The notes beneath the pieces were generated by a model, which was given only the letters and a program-made list of their open reading frames with translations, searched no databases and had not been told where the DNA came from. DNA of 64,000 nucleotides. Origin: Sumerlaeia bacterium (lineage in GTDB: Bacteria > Sumerlaeota > Sumerlaeia > SLMS01 > JAHLLQ01). How positions within the stretch are numbered: the stretch's first letter is position 1; the number at the start of each line of letters is the position of its first letter. Where the stretch lies: positions 176,893 through 240,892 of the forward strand of contig JAVJSW010000049.1 of the NCBI GenBank assembly GCA_040219255.1, written 5' to 3'. A program made the position numbers and the translations under genes. Positions 40,397 to 50,923 of this stretch are shown here, in pieces.

Positions 40397-43300
40397 CTAA
40401 CGGCTCCCGCGGCGGGTCTCAAGGCGCTTCCACTCGACGCGCACCGTTTCCTTTTCTCCCGCTTCCGTTTCGAGGAGCACGGTGCCTTCCGCACCACCCC
40501 GGCGAATGCGCGAGGCGTCGACGATGAACCGAACGGTCTGCACCGCATCGCCCCAGAGTTCGCCACTCTCGGGCTCGACCCTCAGCCAGCGGTCGCGGCT
40601 CTCGGCCCGCCACCGCATGACACCGCCCCCGGCGTTGCGGATCGCGAGAGAACCTTCCGTCTCGGCATTGTCTTCGCCATAGAGGAGCAGGCTCCGCGCC
40701 GGTTCGATGGCGAGCGCCGGCCGGCCGCCAGCGACAACCTGGACGTCGTCGAGGCGGAACCCGGCTCCGTCCTTTCGGTCTTCGCCCGGGTTGGCGAAAT
40801 GGACGAATCGAACGCGGAATTCCCCGTCCAGGCTCAGGCCCCGCCTACGCCGGGCCAAGGCCGTCAGATCGATTTCGCCGCGCCGCCAATCGCCATCCTC
40901 GGGAAAGGCCCCGGCAAACCACCAGCGCTGGCCATCGGAGCTGACGAAGACGCCATCGGCGGGGGCGAGGGACGCGCCGAAATCCGCCCCGGCCTTAGCG
41001 CTCTGCACCGTTTCGCCAGGCAGGGTTTGGCTGCGAAAGGACAGCACGAGCGGATCGCGGGACCTGTGAGCCGAGGCATCCAGCCGGAGTTCGAGGATGC
41101 TGCTCCAGGGCCCTTCGGCCTTGCCCGTGCCCCGGCCGATGAGAGCTTCGCCCTTGAACGAGCCGACAAGCCCCGGGGACCCAGGAGCCGCCAGCGCCAG
41201 CCAACCCGGGCCGAAGCCCTCGCCGGAGAAATCGTCACCAAAGGGCACTGGCTGGCTCGGCAGGCGATCCGCCACGGCGAGCACCACTCGGACACCGGCC
41301 ACCTCGCCATCGGGTGAAACGACCCACAGATCGCCAGAGTAGGAGCCCTCCGGCAAACCGGAGGCGTCGGCGGTCAGGGCGAGTTGGGCCTCGGCACCAT
41401 GGGGGCCGAGAGGCGGCTGCTCTCCGGGGCGGCCCTGCGCGAGCCGCATCCAGCCCCGGCCCCTATCGTCCAATTCCACATACCAGCCCCGCGCGGCCTG
41501 GTCCCCCACGTTTCGGACCGCGAATTCGATGGGCGCCGCGGCTTCGCCGGGGGTCGCCACCAATAGGGCCTCCGTCCGTGCCGGGATCAATTTCGCCCGT
41601 CCCGATTCCGCCAGGACCCGAACGTCGTCGATGCCGATGCCGCCGCGCTGGCGCTTGTCGTCGTGGGCGCCGGAGGTGGACACGTTGAAGCGCAGGAAGA
41701 GCGGGGCCTGGGCATCGAGGGCTCCTGGAGCGTAGCTTTCGATTTCACGCAGCCGTTCGCTCAGGTCGACCCGGTACGGCGCCCATTTATTGGTCAGCAT
41801 GCAGCCGCGCAAGGGCTGGATCTCGAACCACTGGCGGCGGTCCGTGCTGACCGCGATGCCGTCGAATGGCAAGCCGGTGCCATCGCCGGGATAGGCGAAG
41901 GGGCCGGCGTGGGGGAAGCAGGACACCAGTTTGCCAAGCGGGCTTTCCTCTTCCGAAAAGCCGATCGCCGCGTACTCGAGAGTGAGTTCCCGCCCGCGCA
42001 ACGCACCTCGCTCCAGCCGCAGTTCGAGGGCCGGATTGGCGAGGGATTCGTCCCCCGGTTCGGCGTTGTCGAGGACCACGAAGTACGCGCCTCCGTCCGG
42101 GTTCGTCTTCGTCTTGGCGACGCGTTCGATGCGCGCGCGGGCGCCGGGCTCCGCGCCTCCCGCTCGTGTCCAGGAAGGTCCCGGAAAGACCCCGTCCTCG
42201 AAGCTGTCCTCGAAGACTGGGCCGATGGAGGATTCGCGTTCGCGGATGGGCGCGCGGATGGGGGTGGCCAGGGCCGCGCGGGCTTGGGCGGGGCGGGGGG
42301 CGGGGGCGCTTTCCCCGAGAACGCGGAGCCGGAATTCCCGGCCGCCGCTCTCGATCCGGAGGAGGCCGCTGGCGGTGGCGCTTTCCGCGATCAGCCGCAC
42401 CCGGCCGGGCCGCTCGCCATCCGGTGGCACAAAGACCGGCAGGAACCCTTCGCCCTCGCGAAGGAGGCGCGGCGGGTCGGCGGTTCCTTCACCCAGGGCC
42501 GCCAATTCGACTTCCGTGAAGGTGCCCGGGGCTCCAAGACGAACGGAGGCCTGAAGGGGTTTGTAGGCGGGCGCGTCGCCAGCGGCGGGACTTGCCGTAC
42601 CGGCGAAGCTGGCGGCGCTCGCCGCCCCGGCCCGGGAGTTGGTCCGCGGAGCCACCTGATTCCGCAAGAACAGATCGCGGGCATCCGGCGCCGTGGCGCG
42701 GGCCGGCTCTGGCTCGGCGAGGCGGGCGAGCGGTTGCTGGCCCTGGACGGAGCGCAGGCGCAGGCCTTGGAACAGGTTGCCCGCCGCCATGGGTCCGATC
42801 AGGCCCGCGCTGTAATCGCGATAGGTCTTGGTGCCCAACTGGTGAAAACCTTCTCCGGCGAAGGACGCGGTGCAATCCACGAAGGCGTTCCCCAATGCCA
42901 GCGGCCCCAGGTTCGGCACCACTCCGGGTCCCCAATCCATCTGGAATGCGCGCGCCCGGCCGGTGAAGGACAGATAGACGTCGCGCGTCTCGGGGCGCCG
43001 GAAATCGAGGGAGGGAACATCGACCCGTATGGTCTGCTCGCAGCCGTAGAGCGGCACGTCGACCCGCGCCACCGGCTCCGAGCCGAGGCTATCGAGATGC
43101 ACGTTGAGTGTTCCGCCATCGTGCGAGAACCGGGTATCGGCGCGCAGTTCAACGCTTCCTCGCCCACTCAACGGCACGGCCCGAAAGACGGCGAAGCCAA
43201 GGTGGGCGGCCTCGACAAGCTGGTCGTGCTCCGCCCCAGCCACCTGGACGCCATCGGTGGCGTCTGGCGCGCCAAGGGGTTGTCCATTGACCGCCAGGCC

Positions 43301-45619
43301 GCTGAGGTTGAACAGCGCGGGCCGGAACCAGCGAAGCCGGTCCTCTCCGCAGAGTTCGCGCTCCGGCGGCAGCTTGAGAGCCAACAGGAATCCATCGCCC
43401 AACACGTCCTCGGCCGCTTCGCCGCGCATCACGTTCCAGTAATTCGGCGCGTCCATGTCTGCCGCGATGGTGCGGGCCGAGGCGGTACCCCAACTGCGGT
43501 TGCCTTCGGCGATGTTGCCAAAGCAATTCCCATCGAGCCGGATGGCGGTGCTGGCGCTCTTGCGCGGGTTCAGGCGCGCGCGCACGTTCTCTGGAATGCC
43601 GCGCAGCCGGTTGCGGTATTGGACCTGATCGCCGTAGGCCTCCAGGAGCAGAAACGCGCTCGTCTGGTCTGGCGCCACGCGCCAGGGCTCGGCCACCGTG
43701 ATCGTGTTGGCCTCCGGGTCCATGCGCTCCACCGCGCGGTACTGGCCCAGGCCGCGTCCGTGGGTGATGACCAGAGTGAGGCCGCGGGCGTTTTCCGGGA
43801 GGATCCCAAAGCGCTCGAGTCCCCGCCGCACCGTATTCATCGGCCGGGCGCGGGGGTCGCGCAGCCAGAGGTCCTCACCGAGCACCAGCCCGTCGCCGCG
43901 CGGAACGATGGTCCGGCCGCCATCGCGCACGGAAGCCACCTGGCCAAAGGTGCTGTCGAGAACGTGGTAGAGAATGATCTCGCCTTTGTTGCCGGGGAAG
44001 TACGTATCCCAGGCGTCGTTGTCCGCGATGTAGGCGTGCCATGGCAGCACGTCCGGGTGCTTGGCGGAACTCAGCATCCGCTTGGCGGTCATGGCTTGCG
44101 GGGTGAAGTCCTCGAAGGCCACAGAGGTCCGGACTGTCGCCTCCTCCATCACGAACCGGGAAGGCGTCACGGAAATGGGGGCTTCGGCCCCCCAATTGCG
44201 GTCGTCGTGCTTACCGCCGTGGAACAGGTTCTCGCCGTGCAGCCAATGATCGCTGCCGATCAGGACGAGTTGGCCTTCCAGTTCCAGGTTTTCGATTTCG
44301 ACCCGGTGGGCGTTCAGGCGAATGTGGAAATCCTGGCCGTCGCGGGCGCGCTCGGCGAAGCTCCGGTCCGGGTAGCCGGTGAAGCCGCTGCGGCGGGCTT
44401 TCACATCGCGGATCACGACGTCCGTCGCGAAATGATCAGCCGAGGCGATGGGGCCGGTCACCACGCCACGCGATGGGGCGAAGATGTTCGCGTTCCCTCC
44501 CACCGCCAGGGTCACGTTCTCCACGGCGATGCCGCTGGCCTTGGCGGGGACGGAAATAAAGGCCTCGCCGCGTTTCTTCGTCACTTGAAAAGTCAGCACC
44601 GTCTGCGCGCCAGGAGCTGCACCCATCAGCCGCGTGTTCGAATCCAGCATGATCGGTTCGCTGATGGTGAAGCGCGAGCCCGCGAACAGCAACGTGCCGC
44701 CGCCGGCTGCGCTCAAGGCCCGCGTCGCCGCGTCGAGCACGGGCGGACAGGGCGGCGTCGTGCAATCGTCCACGGCACAGACGCCGCCATCACAGGTCCA
44801 GACGCCGAGAACCCGGGGAGTATCGCCCACGCGCGCCAGACCCGGAATTTCCGAGGCGCGCTCGCGGTACTTGGCCGCCTCGCGGGCGTTGTCCGTCAAC
44901 ACGGCGACGGCGCGGGTGTAGGCGGGCGCTTGCGGCGCGAGGATTTCCAGGGCGTCCTCCAGCCGCCCCCGCCCCGCTTCGCCGCCCACGCCGGTATCCA
45001 CCGCCACGGTGTAGCGCCCCCCCGCTTCGGCCTGCGGCGGCACGCGAAACCAGACGGCGTAAGGATTGGCGCGCAGGACCTCGCAGCGCAGGGGCTCGGC
45101 GCCCGGCCGCTCCAGCGTCACCGCCGCCAAGTCCCGCGCGGCCGGTGCGCCCGCGTCCTCCGAGTCCCGGTGGCCGCGCGTCAGGTTGACGCCAAAGGCA
45201 CGCTTCATCGCACCCGGCTCGGCCATGTCGCCCAGAGGCCCGATCCAGCGCACTTCGGGCTGATTGACGGCGACCGGCTCGCTCTCGCCCGCGTCCGTTT
45301 CCACCCAAAGCCAGAAGGGATCGAAGGGGGTTCCGGGGAGGTCCTCAGGAACTCCAGCGACGATCAGGTCGTCTGCGGTTTCCCAGATGGCGGCAGCGGT
45401 GCCCCGCTCCGGATCGGCCGCGGGTGCCACCCAGACGCGGGTGTCCGTCCCGGCCAAGTCGCCCCCGTGCGCCGTGAAGTCCACGCCGCTCAGCGTCATG
45501 GCCTCGCCGCGCGCCACGGTGCGGTGGAACTCGGCGAGGGCGGGCTCCTGGGCGGGCAGGGTGCCCGGGCGCAACATGAACAGAATCAGGCAAACAAGGG
45601 ACAAGACGGCAAGACGCAT
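40397..45619 (-). CDS. Very large secreted modular protein (pectin lyase-like beta-helix, CBM-like and BACON-like domains)
   Basis: Signal peptide; AAGGGTLLF..SRFTIS.PI.L.SNTRL.G beta-helix start; CBM6-like GGTLNVHLDS...RDVYLSF; C-terminal IRNAGGG.MRW...WLRVEP.SG. Confidence 0.7.
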   Translation of the reverse strand: MRLAVLSLVCLILFMLRPGTLPAQEPALAEFHRTVARGEAMTLSGVDFTAHGGDLAGTDTRVWVAPAADPERGTAAAIWETADDLIVAGVPEDLPGTPFDPFWLWVETDAGESEPVAVNQPEVRWIGPLGDMAEPGAMKRAFGVNLTRGHRDSEDAGAPAARDLAAVTLERPGAEPLRCEVLRANPYAVWFRVPPQAEAGGRYTVAVDTGVGGEAGRGRLEDALEILAPQAPAYTRAVAVLTDNAREAAKYRERASEIPGLARVGDTPRVLGVWTCDGGVCAVDDCTTPPCPPVLDAATRALSAAGGGTLLFAGSRFTISEPIMLDSNTRLMGAAPGAQTVLTFQVTKKRGEAFISVPAKASGIAVENVTLAVGGNANIFAPSRGVVTGPIASADHFATDVVIRDVKARRSGFTGYPDRSFAERARDGQDFHIRLNAHRVEIENLELEGQLVLIGSDHWLHGENLFHGGKHDDRNWGAEAPISVTPSRFVMEEATVRTSVAFEDFTPQAMTAKRMLSSAKHPDVLPWHAYIADNDAWDTYFPGNKGEIILYHVLDSTFGQVASVRDGGRTIVPRGDGLVLGEDLWLRDPRARPMNTVRRGLERFGILPENARGLTLVITHGRGLGQYRAVERMDPEANTITVAEPWRVAPDQTSAFLLLEAYGDQVQYRNRLRGIPENVRARLNPRKSASTAIRLDGNCFGNIAEGNRSWGTASARTIAADMDAPNYWNVMRGEAAEDVLGDGFLLALKLPPERELCGEDRLRWFRPALFNLSGLAVNGQPLGAPDATDGVQVAGAEHDQLVEAAHLGFAVFRAVPLSGRGSVELRADTRFSHDGGTLNVHLDSLGSEPVARVDVPLYGCEQTIRVDVPSLDFRRPETRDVYLSFTGRARAFQMDWGPGVVPNLGPLALGNAFVDCTASFAGEGFHQLGTKTYRDYSAGLIGPMAAGNLFQGLRLRSVQGQQPLARLAEPEPARATAPDARDLFLRNQVAPRTNSRAGAASAASFAGTASPAAGDAPAYKPLQASVRLGAPGTFTEVELAALGEGTADPPRLLREGEGFLPVFVPPDGERPGRVRLIAESATASGLLRIESGGREFRLRVLGESAPAPRPAQARAALATPIRAPIRERESSIGPVFEDSFEDGVFPGPSWTRAGGAEPGARARIERVAKTKTNPDGGAYFVVLDNAEPGDESLANPALELRLERGALRGRELTLEYAAIGFSEEESPLGKLVSCFPHAGPFAYPGDGTGLPFDGIAVSTDRRQWFEIQPLRGCMLTNKWAPYRVDLSERLREIESYAPGALDAQAPLFLRFNVSTSGAHDDKRQRGGIGIDDVRVLAESGRAKLIPARTEALLVATPGEAAAPIEFAVRNVGDQAARGWYVELDDRGRGWMRLAQGRPGEQPPLGPHGAEAQLALTADASGLPEGSYSGDLWVVSPDGEVAGVRVVLAVADRLPSQPVPFGDDFSGEGFGPGWLALAAPGSPGLVGSFKGEALIGRGTGKAEGPWSSILELRLDASAHRSRDPLVLSFRSQTLPGETVQSAKAGADFGASLAPADGVFVSSDGQRWWFAGAFPEDGDWRRGEIDLTALARRRRGLSLDGEFRVRFVHFANPGEDRKDGAGFRLDDVQVVAGGRPALAIEPARSLLLYGEDNAETEGSLAIRNAGGGVMRWRAESRDRWLRVEPESGELWGDAVQTVRFIVDASRIRRGGAEGTVLLETEAGEKETVRVEWKRLETRRGSR

Positions 45620-45748
45620 GAGAATCGGCGGGGGCTCCGGGACTTCGAATTGGGCTGAGTGACAAACGAGAGCCATGCCGGGTTCGCCCGAGGGGATCGA
45701 GGCGGAATTGTTTCGCGGCGAAAAAAAGGGCTTGCCAGCCGCGCCCAT

Positions 45749-45771
45749 CTGTCCTAGTCAAATTAGGACAG
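45749..45771. promoter_or_regulatory. Probable YtrA/GntR operator palindrome
   Basis: CTGTCCTAGT-CAA-ATTAGGACAG, 25 bp upstream of the gntR ATG; TTGCCA -35-like hexamer at 45732. Confidence 0.75.
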
Positions 45772-45795
45772 TTAGAACAGTGGAGGCATAACGCC

Positions 45796-46197
45796 ATGTT
45801 CTTCGAGGTAGACCTGCAGGGCGGCAAACCCGTCTATCAGCAGATGATCGATCAAGCCAAGTACGCCATCGCCAGCGGGCGGCTGCGGGCGGGCGACCGC
45901 TTGCCCAGCGTGCGCGAGGCGGCGGTCGCGTTGCGCGTGAACCGCAACACCGTCTCGCGCGTGTACAGCGAACTGGAACGCGAGGGCCTCGTCTACTCCC
46001 GGCCCGGCCAAGGCAGTTTCGTATCGGAACGCGCCACCGGCTCGGACCTGAGCGCGGCGTTTCGCCGCGAGCAACTCGCCGCGCGAGCCGACGACCTTTT
46101 AGCACAGGCTAAGTTGTTTCACTTCAACCGCGACGAAACCATGGAACTCATCTCCGCGCGCGCCGAAATCGTCTTCGGCTCCGCTCCCCACCGCTAA
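45796..46197 (+). CDS. GntR family regulator, YtrA subfamily
   Basis: PVYQQ...I.SG.L..GDRLPSVRE.A..L.VN.NTV.R.Y.ELE.EG..GQGSFV; short C-terminal domain. Confidence 0.95.
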   Translation: MFFEVDLQGGKPVYQQMIDQAKYAIASGRLRAGDRLPSVREAAVALRVNRNTVSRVYSELEREGLVYSRPGQGSFVSERATGSDLSAAFRREQLAARADDLLAQAKLFHFNRDETMELISARAEIVFGSAPHR

Positions 46198-46211
46198 GGA
46201 GACTTTCGAAA

Positions 46212-47156
46212 ATGAAAACGGACTACGCGATTCAGACAGACAGTTTAGGACGCCGCTTTGGCCGCCAATGGGCGGTGCGCCATCTCGGCCTGGAAGTCCC
46301 CCGCGGCAGCGTGTACGGCTTCCTGGGCCTGAACGGCGCCGGCAAATCGACCACCATGCGGATGCTGATGGGGCTCCTCGAGCCGCACGAGGGCGAGGCC
46401 AGCGTACTCGGCCTCGACCCCTCGCGCGAGCCCCTGCCGGTGCGCCGCCGCGTCGGCTACGTGGCCGACCGCGCCTATATGTACGAGTGGATGACGATCC
46501 GCGAGATCATCGCCTTCGTGGCCCACTACCGGCGCGAGCACTGGGACCGCGCCATGGCCGACCACTTGGCCAAGGTGTTCAAACTGCCCCTCGACCAGAA
46601 GATCAAGACCCTCTCGAAAGGTCAGGCGGCCAAGGTCTCGCTGCTGCTGGCGATGGGGTTCGATCCGGAGATGCTGATCCTGGACGAACCGACCGGCGGC
46701 CTGGACCCGGTGGTGCGGCGCGAGTTCGTCGAAAATCTGCTGGCCGAGTACATGGAAAGCGGCCGCACGGTTTTCATCAGCTCGCACCTGGTCAATGAAA
46801 TCGCCGGGCTGGTGGACCGCGTCGGGATTATCAAGGACGGCGAACTGATCCGCCAGGCGCCGGTGGATGACTTGCGCAATGAAATCAAGCGCGCCCGCCT
46901 GGTTTTCCCGGAATTCGTGCCGGTGAAACTCGACGGCGTCGAAGGCGTCTTGAGCATCCGAGCCCGTGATCGCGAGGCGGCCGTGCTGCTCGAGCGCTTC
47001 AACCCGGAAACGACGCCCAAGGCGCTGGAAAGCTGCGGCGCGGAATCGGTGCGCATCGAGGACCTGAGCCTGGAAGACATCTTTGTGGCGCTCGCGGAAG
47101 AGCGGCCGGATGCGGTGGCCTCCGCCCCCGGCACCAACCAGGAGGACGCGGCATGA
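46212..47156 (+). CDS. ABC transporter ATP-binding protein (YtrB-like)
   Basis: GLNGAGKST, LSKGQ, LILDEPT, SSH. Confidence 0.95.
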   Translation: MKTDYAIQTDSLGRRFGRQWAVRHLGLEVPRGSVYGFLGLNGAGKSTTMRMLMGLLEPHEGEASVLGLDPSREPLPVRRRVGYVADRAYMYEWMTIREIIAFVAHYRREHWDRAMADHLAKVFKLPLDQKIKTLSKGQAAKVSLLLAMGFDPEMLILDEPTGGLDPVVRREFVENLLAEYMESGRTVFISSHLVNEIAGLVDRVGIIKDGELIRQAPVDDLRNEIKRARLVFPEFVPVKLDGVEGVLSIRARDREAAVLLERFNPETTPKALESCGAESVRIEDLSLEDIFVALAEERPDAVASAPGTNQEDAA

Positions 47157-48886
47157 TGACCGAAACGACCGCCCGCCCATCCGGGGCGGAAGAGAGCTTC
47201 TGGAAGAAGAAAATCCCTCTGGGCCAAACGGCCAGCCGCGCTTCGCTGGCGCTGATCGGCCGGGGAGTCTATGGCCGCGACCTCTGGCAGTTGGGCAAGG
47301 GCTTCGGCGCCCTGCTGCTGCTGACGCTCGGGTTCGTGTTTCTGTCAAAACTCGATCAGGCAATGGATCTGGACGTGCTGCCCCATGTGGACGGGGAGGA
47401 CTGTGGCCGGCTCATCGTGTCCTTCGCCTTCGTCACGGCGTTCGTTTTGGGACTCATCTCGACCGCCGAGGAAGAAGATTCGGAAACGCGCTTTTTCGCC
47501 GACCGACTGCCGATCGGCCGCTGGCGCCTCGCGGGCGAGAAAATCGGCGCCCTCATCACCCTTGTCGTGGCGTGGCCCTTCGTGGCGCTGGTGCTGATGT
47601 TCGTGATGCTGGCGCTGATCGAAATCTTCACCTTCGGGGTTCTCGATGCGTTCCACATCGGCGCGGATACGAGCCGCTTCTTCCTCTTCTCGCTGTTCGC
47701 GCTCGATGGCGGCGAGTTGCTGCGCCTCGTGCCGGTTGTGATCGCCGTGGCGATGACGGGCATGCTGGCGGGGGCCTGGGTGACGAACGGCGTGGTCCAG
47801 GCGGCGCTGGCCGGCACGGGGCTGCTGCTGGTCTTCAAGTTCGTGGCCGCCCACCTGGACGGGCCGAACAGCGTCTCCCAGAATCTGCTCGGCTCCTACT
47901 TCATGGCGGCCCCGTCCGCCACCCCCGGCGCGGCCATCGTAGCCGTGGTCTGGGCGCCCATCGCGGCGGTGCTGACGGGCTGGCGCTTCGCCATCCGCCA
48001 CGAAGCCGAGGAAGGCTGGCGCCTGCCCCGGTTCCAGTTCTGGACCGATACCTTCGCGCCGCCGCTCGATGTGCCCTACCCGCACCGCATGCCGCATCGC
48101 CACGCGACGCGCTGGCCGCTGATCGCGGGGGTCGTCGTGGCGTTTCTCTCCATCCCCTTTCGCCAGGCAAACAATCCCCTCAGCACGCTCGGAACCGATG
48201 TCTTCGACATTGGGTTCTGGATCGGCAACGGCATTTTCTTCGCCGTTCTGGGGGCTTTCCTCGGCACCGCGTGCGTCAAGCCCCGGGAGCGCGATGGGGC
48301 CCGCTTCTTCGGCGCCGCCCTACCCGTCCCGCTCGGCCGCCAGTTCCTCAGCCGCTGCGCCGCCTCAGGGCGTATGGCGCTGATCCTGGCGGCGGTCCAC
48401 GCCATCGTCACGGCCTACGCCACGCACGAGATGGCGGGCCGCGAACTGAGAGCATCGGCCACCGGGGGCCTCGACGGCGGAGTGCTCTATTTCGCCTTCG
48501 CTATGATGGCGTTCGTGATGCTGCTCAACGGCGCCCTGTTTGGCATTCTGGCGCGACTCTTCCTGCGGGCCTACCTGATCGCCGTCATTCCCGCCGCCCT
48601 CTGCGCCCTGTTCTGGGGCTTCTATGGGAGCGCGCGGACACTGGGAAGCCTCGGCGGCTCCAGTAGCACCCATCTCCCCACACTCGCCCAGGGCTGGTGG
48701 CCGGCGCTCGTGCTGATCGGGCTGCCCATGCTCGCCATCTGGATCGCGGTGGAAAAATCCCCGCTCCTGGAGGCCGGCGAAGGCCGCCGCGCCCTGGCCA
48801 TGCTGGCCGTGCTGCCGGTGTTGACCATCTGGGGGCTGTTCCTCATCGGCACCTCGCCCATCGATCTACTGATAATCCTCTTCTAA
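47153..48886 (+). CDS. ABC transporter membrane protein
   Basis: Many TM helices; two EE..T.FF..LP / ERDG..FF..LP permease motifs; operonic with the ATPase. Confidence 0.75.
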   Translation: MMTETTARPSGAEESFWKKKIPLGQTASRASLALIGRGVYGRDLWQLGKGFGALLLLTLGFVFLSKLDQAMDLDVLPHVDGEDCGRLIVSFAFVTAFVLGLISTAEEEDSETRFFADRLPIGRWRLAGEKIGALITLVVAWPFVALVLMFVMLALIEIFTFGVLDAFHIGADTSRFFLFSLFALDGGELLRLVPVVIAVAMTGMLAGAWVTNGVVQAALAGTGLLLVFKFVAAHLDGPNSVSQNLLGSYFMAAPSATPGAAIVAVVWAPIAAVLTGWRFAIRHEAEEGWRLPRFQFWTDTFAPPLDVPYPHRMPHRHATRWPLIAGVVVAFLSIPFRQANNPLSTLGTDVFDIGFWIGNGIFFAVLGAFLGTACVKPRERDGARFFGAALPVPLGRQFLSRCAASGRMALILAAVHAIVTAYATHEMAGRELRASATGGLDGGVLYFAFAMMAFVMLLNGALFGILARLFLRAYLIAVIPAALCALFWGFYGSARTLGSLGGSSSTHLPTLAQGWWPALVLIGLPMLAIWIAVEKSPLLEAGEGRRALAMLAVLPVLTIWGLFLIGTSPIDLLIILF

Positions 48887-48916
48887 GTTCGCGAACCGCG
48901 AAAGGAGCTTTCGATC

Positions 48917-50884
48917 ATGAATCGAGCAAAACGCGTTTGGAGAAAATGGCCCGTCTGGGTCGGCCTCTGCGCCTCGCCCGTGGTGGCGCTGGGTGCGGTG
49001 CTGTGGATCGGGCGCCTGCCGGAAACGGATTATGACGACCGGGTGCAGGAATGGGTGACCGCGGAAATCCGCCAGGAAGCCGGCCAGCCCCTGGCCGAGG
49101 AGTTCAAGCGAATCGAGGAAGCGGCCTGGCAAAGCGGCGCCCCCAACCACAAGCCTGGCCCGCTGAACATCCACATGATCCAATCCTACACCGACGCTCC
49201 CGCCGTGTGGTCGGCGCCCGTGGCCCGCGACGAACTGATCGCCTTCATGGAAAAGCACGGCCATCACCTGGACGAATGGGCGGCGCTCGCCGAAACCGGG
49301 TCCTACTACACCACAGAACCGGGCCAGTACTTTTACGTCCCCGATTTCCTGATGCTGCAATCGTGGTGCAAGCTGCACCGCGCCGCCGCCAACGCCTATG
49401 CCGGGGCGGGCGACTGGGACCGAGCCATCGCCCATGCCCGCGGCGCCGCCACCATCGCCGATCCGGCAAAGCACTCCACCTTTATCGGGCAACTCATCGC
49501 CATCGCGGCGCGCGGCATCGGCTACGCGACCTTCGAGGACCTGCTGCGCCTCGCCCCCGACGCCGAGACTTGCCGCCGCATCGCCGCGCAAGTGGAAAGC
49601 CTGCGCGCCAGCGACCCCCGCATCACGAACAAGACGGCTATTCTGGAAGCCCTTGCCTATCGAGGACGGTACGAGAACCGCACGTCGGTTCCCGGGCACC
49701 CGGAGAAACAGCGCTCTTGGCTGGCCATGATGCTCGAACGGCGTGCCATGGCCAACTACATGACCAGCTATGGGATTCAAAATCTGGACCCGGAAGCAGC
49801 CGAACAGGACGGCCCGCTCAGTGGCCTGAACCAGAGCTGGCTCCACCAGGCCGCCCGCCGCCATCCCGGTAGCCAGGCTCGATGGACCCACGCCCGCGTG
49901 GTCTATGAACGGCTCAACGACCTCAGCCGCGAACACCCCGAACTGGTCGAATACCTGACCAGCGTCCCGGACGACGTGGCCCAGGACGCCCCCTTCGCCG
50001 AGCGCTTCTTCCTGGAAAACTACTACGGCGGCGCCAACTACCGCGAGGCCGTGACGCGGGCCCGGGTGGCGGCGACGCGCGGGGCGCTGGTTCAGGCCGC
50101 TGCCCTCGCCCGCGCCCAGGCCATCGAGGCAGGCGCCGCTCCCCGCGATTTCTCCGCCCTCGCCATGGATCCGGACGTTGGACCCGCCGTGCCAATCAGC
50201 GACAGCACCAGCCTGCCCGCGCAAACCATCGAAACCGTTTCTTCCGGCGCCATCGGCGACTTCCATCTTGGGCCGGTGCGGCTGACAGGCGACAACGTGG
50301 GGACGTTCCTGGCGCCCGTCCTGGCCCAAAACCAAGTCACCCAGGGAACGTGGAACTTGGCCATTCCTGGGGATTGGGCCGAAGCGACCGCTATCACCTC
50401 GATCGCCACCGGTATCAACGCCCCGGCCCTGCCGATGCAGGCCATGGCCTGGCAGCAGACCGCCGTCCATTTCCCTCCCACGAGAGACGCCTCCGTCCGC
50501 TATGCCACGGAGACCAAGCTGTCATGGAGCAATCGAGAGTATGAACACGTCCTGACGCCGGAAATCGCCCGCGAAACATTCGACGAGTATCGGTCCGAAG
50601 TAAAACGGCTTCATCGCGAGAACGTCCAGACCCCCAGCTACCGCGTCAACATCGGCCGGCCCGACATCGACACCACCGGCGACTACCCCGCCTTCCTGCG
50701 CCTTCGCGCCGATTTCGTCCTGCCGCCCGCCCCGCAAGCCGTCTGGTCCGACGGCCCGGACGGCGAGAACGACGGCGCCGCCATCGCCTACGACCCCACG
50801 AACGGCACCATAAGCCGCGGCGACATCGTAACCTGGCTGCCGTTGGCCAAGCGCGGCAGCGCCGCACCGCAAGACGCGGAGTGA
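48917..50884 (+). CDS. Membrane-anchored protein with GspG-like C-terminal motif
   Basis: N-terminal TM helix; FIGQLIAIA; C-terminal WSDGPDG..D....YDPTNGTISRGDI. Confidence 0.65.
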   Translation: MNRAKRVWRKWPVWVGLCASPVVALGAVLWIGRLPETDYDDRVQEWVTAEIRQEAGQPLAEEFKRIEEAAWQSGAPNHKPGPLNIHMIQSYTDAPAVWSAPVARDELIAFMEKHGHHLDEWAALAETGSYYTTEPGQYFYVPDFLMLQSWCKLHRAAANAYAGAGDWDRAIAHARGAATIADPAKHSTFIGQLIAIAARGIGYATFEDLLRLAPDAETCRRIAAQVESLRASDPRITNKTAILEALAYRGRYENRTSVPGHPEKQRSWLAMMLERRAMANYMTSYGIQNLDPEAAEQDGPLSGLNQSWLHQAARRHPGSQARWTHARVVYERLNDLSREHPELVEYLTSVPDDVAQDAPFAERFFLENYYGGANYREAVTRARVAATRGALVQAAALARAQAIEAGAAPRDFSALAMDPDVGPAVPISDSTSLPAQTIETVSSGAIGDFHLGPVRLTGDNVGTFLAPVLAQNQVTQGTWNLAIPGDWAEATAITSIATGINAPALPMQAMAWQQTAVHFPPTRDASVRYATETKLSWSNREYEHVLTPEIARETFDEYRSEVKRLHRENVQTPSYRVNIGRPDIDTTGDYPAFLRLRADFVLPPAPQAVWSDGPDGENDGAAIAYDPTNGTISRGDIVTWLPLAKRGSAAPQDAE

Positions 50885-50923
50885 GATTCCACGCGGCGCC
50901 AACCACGCCAGACGCCGCGTGGT

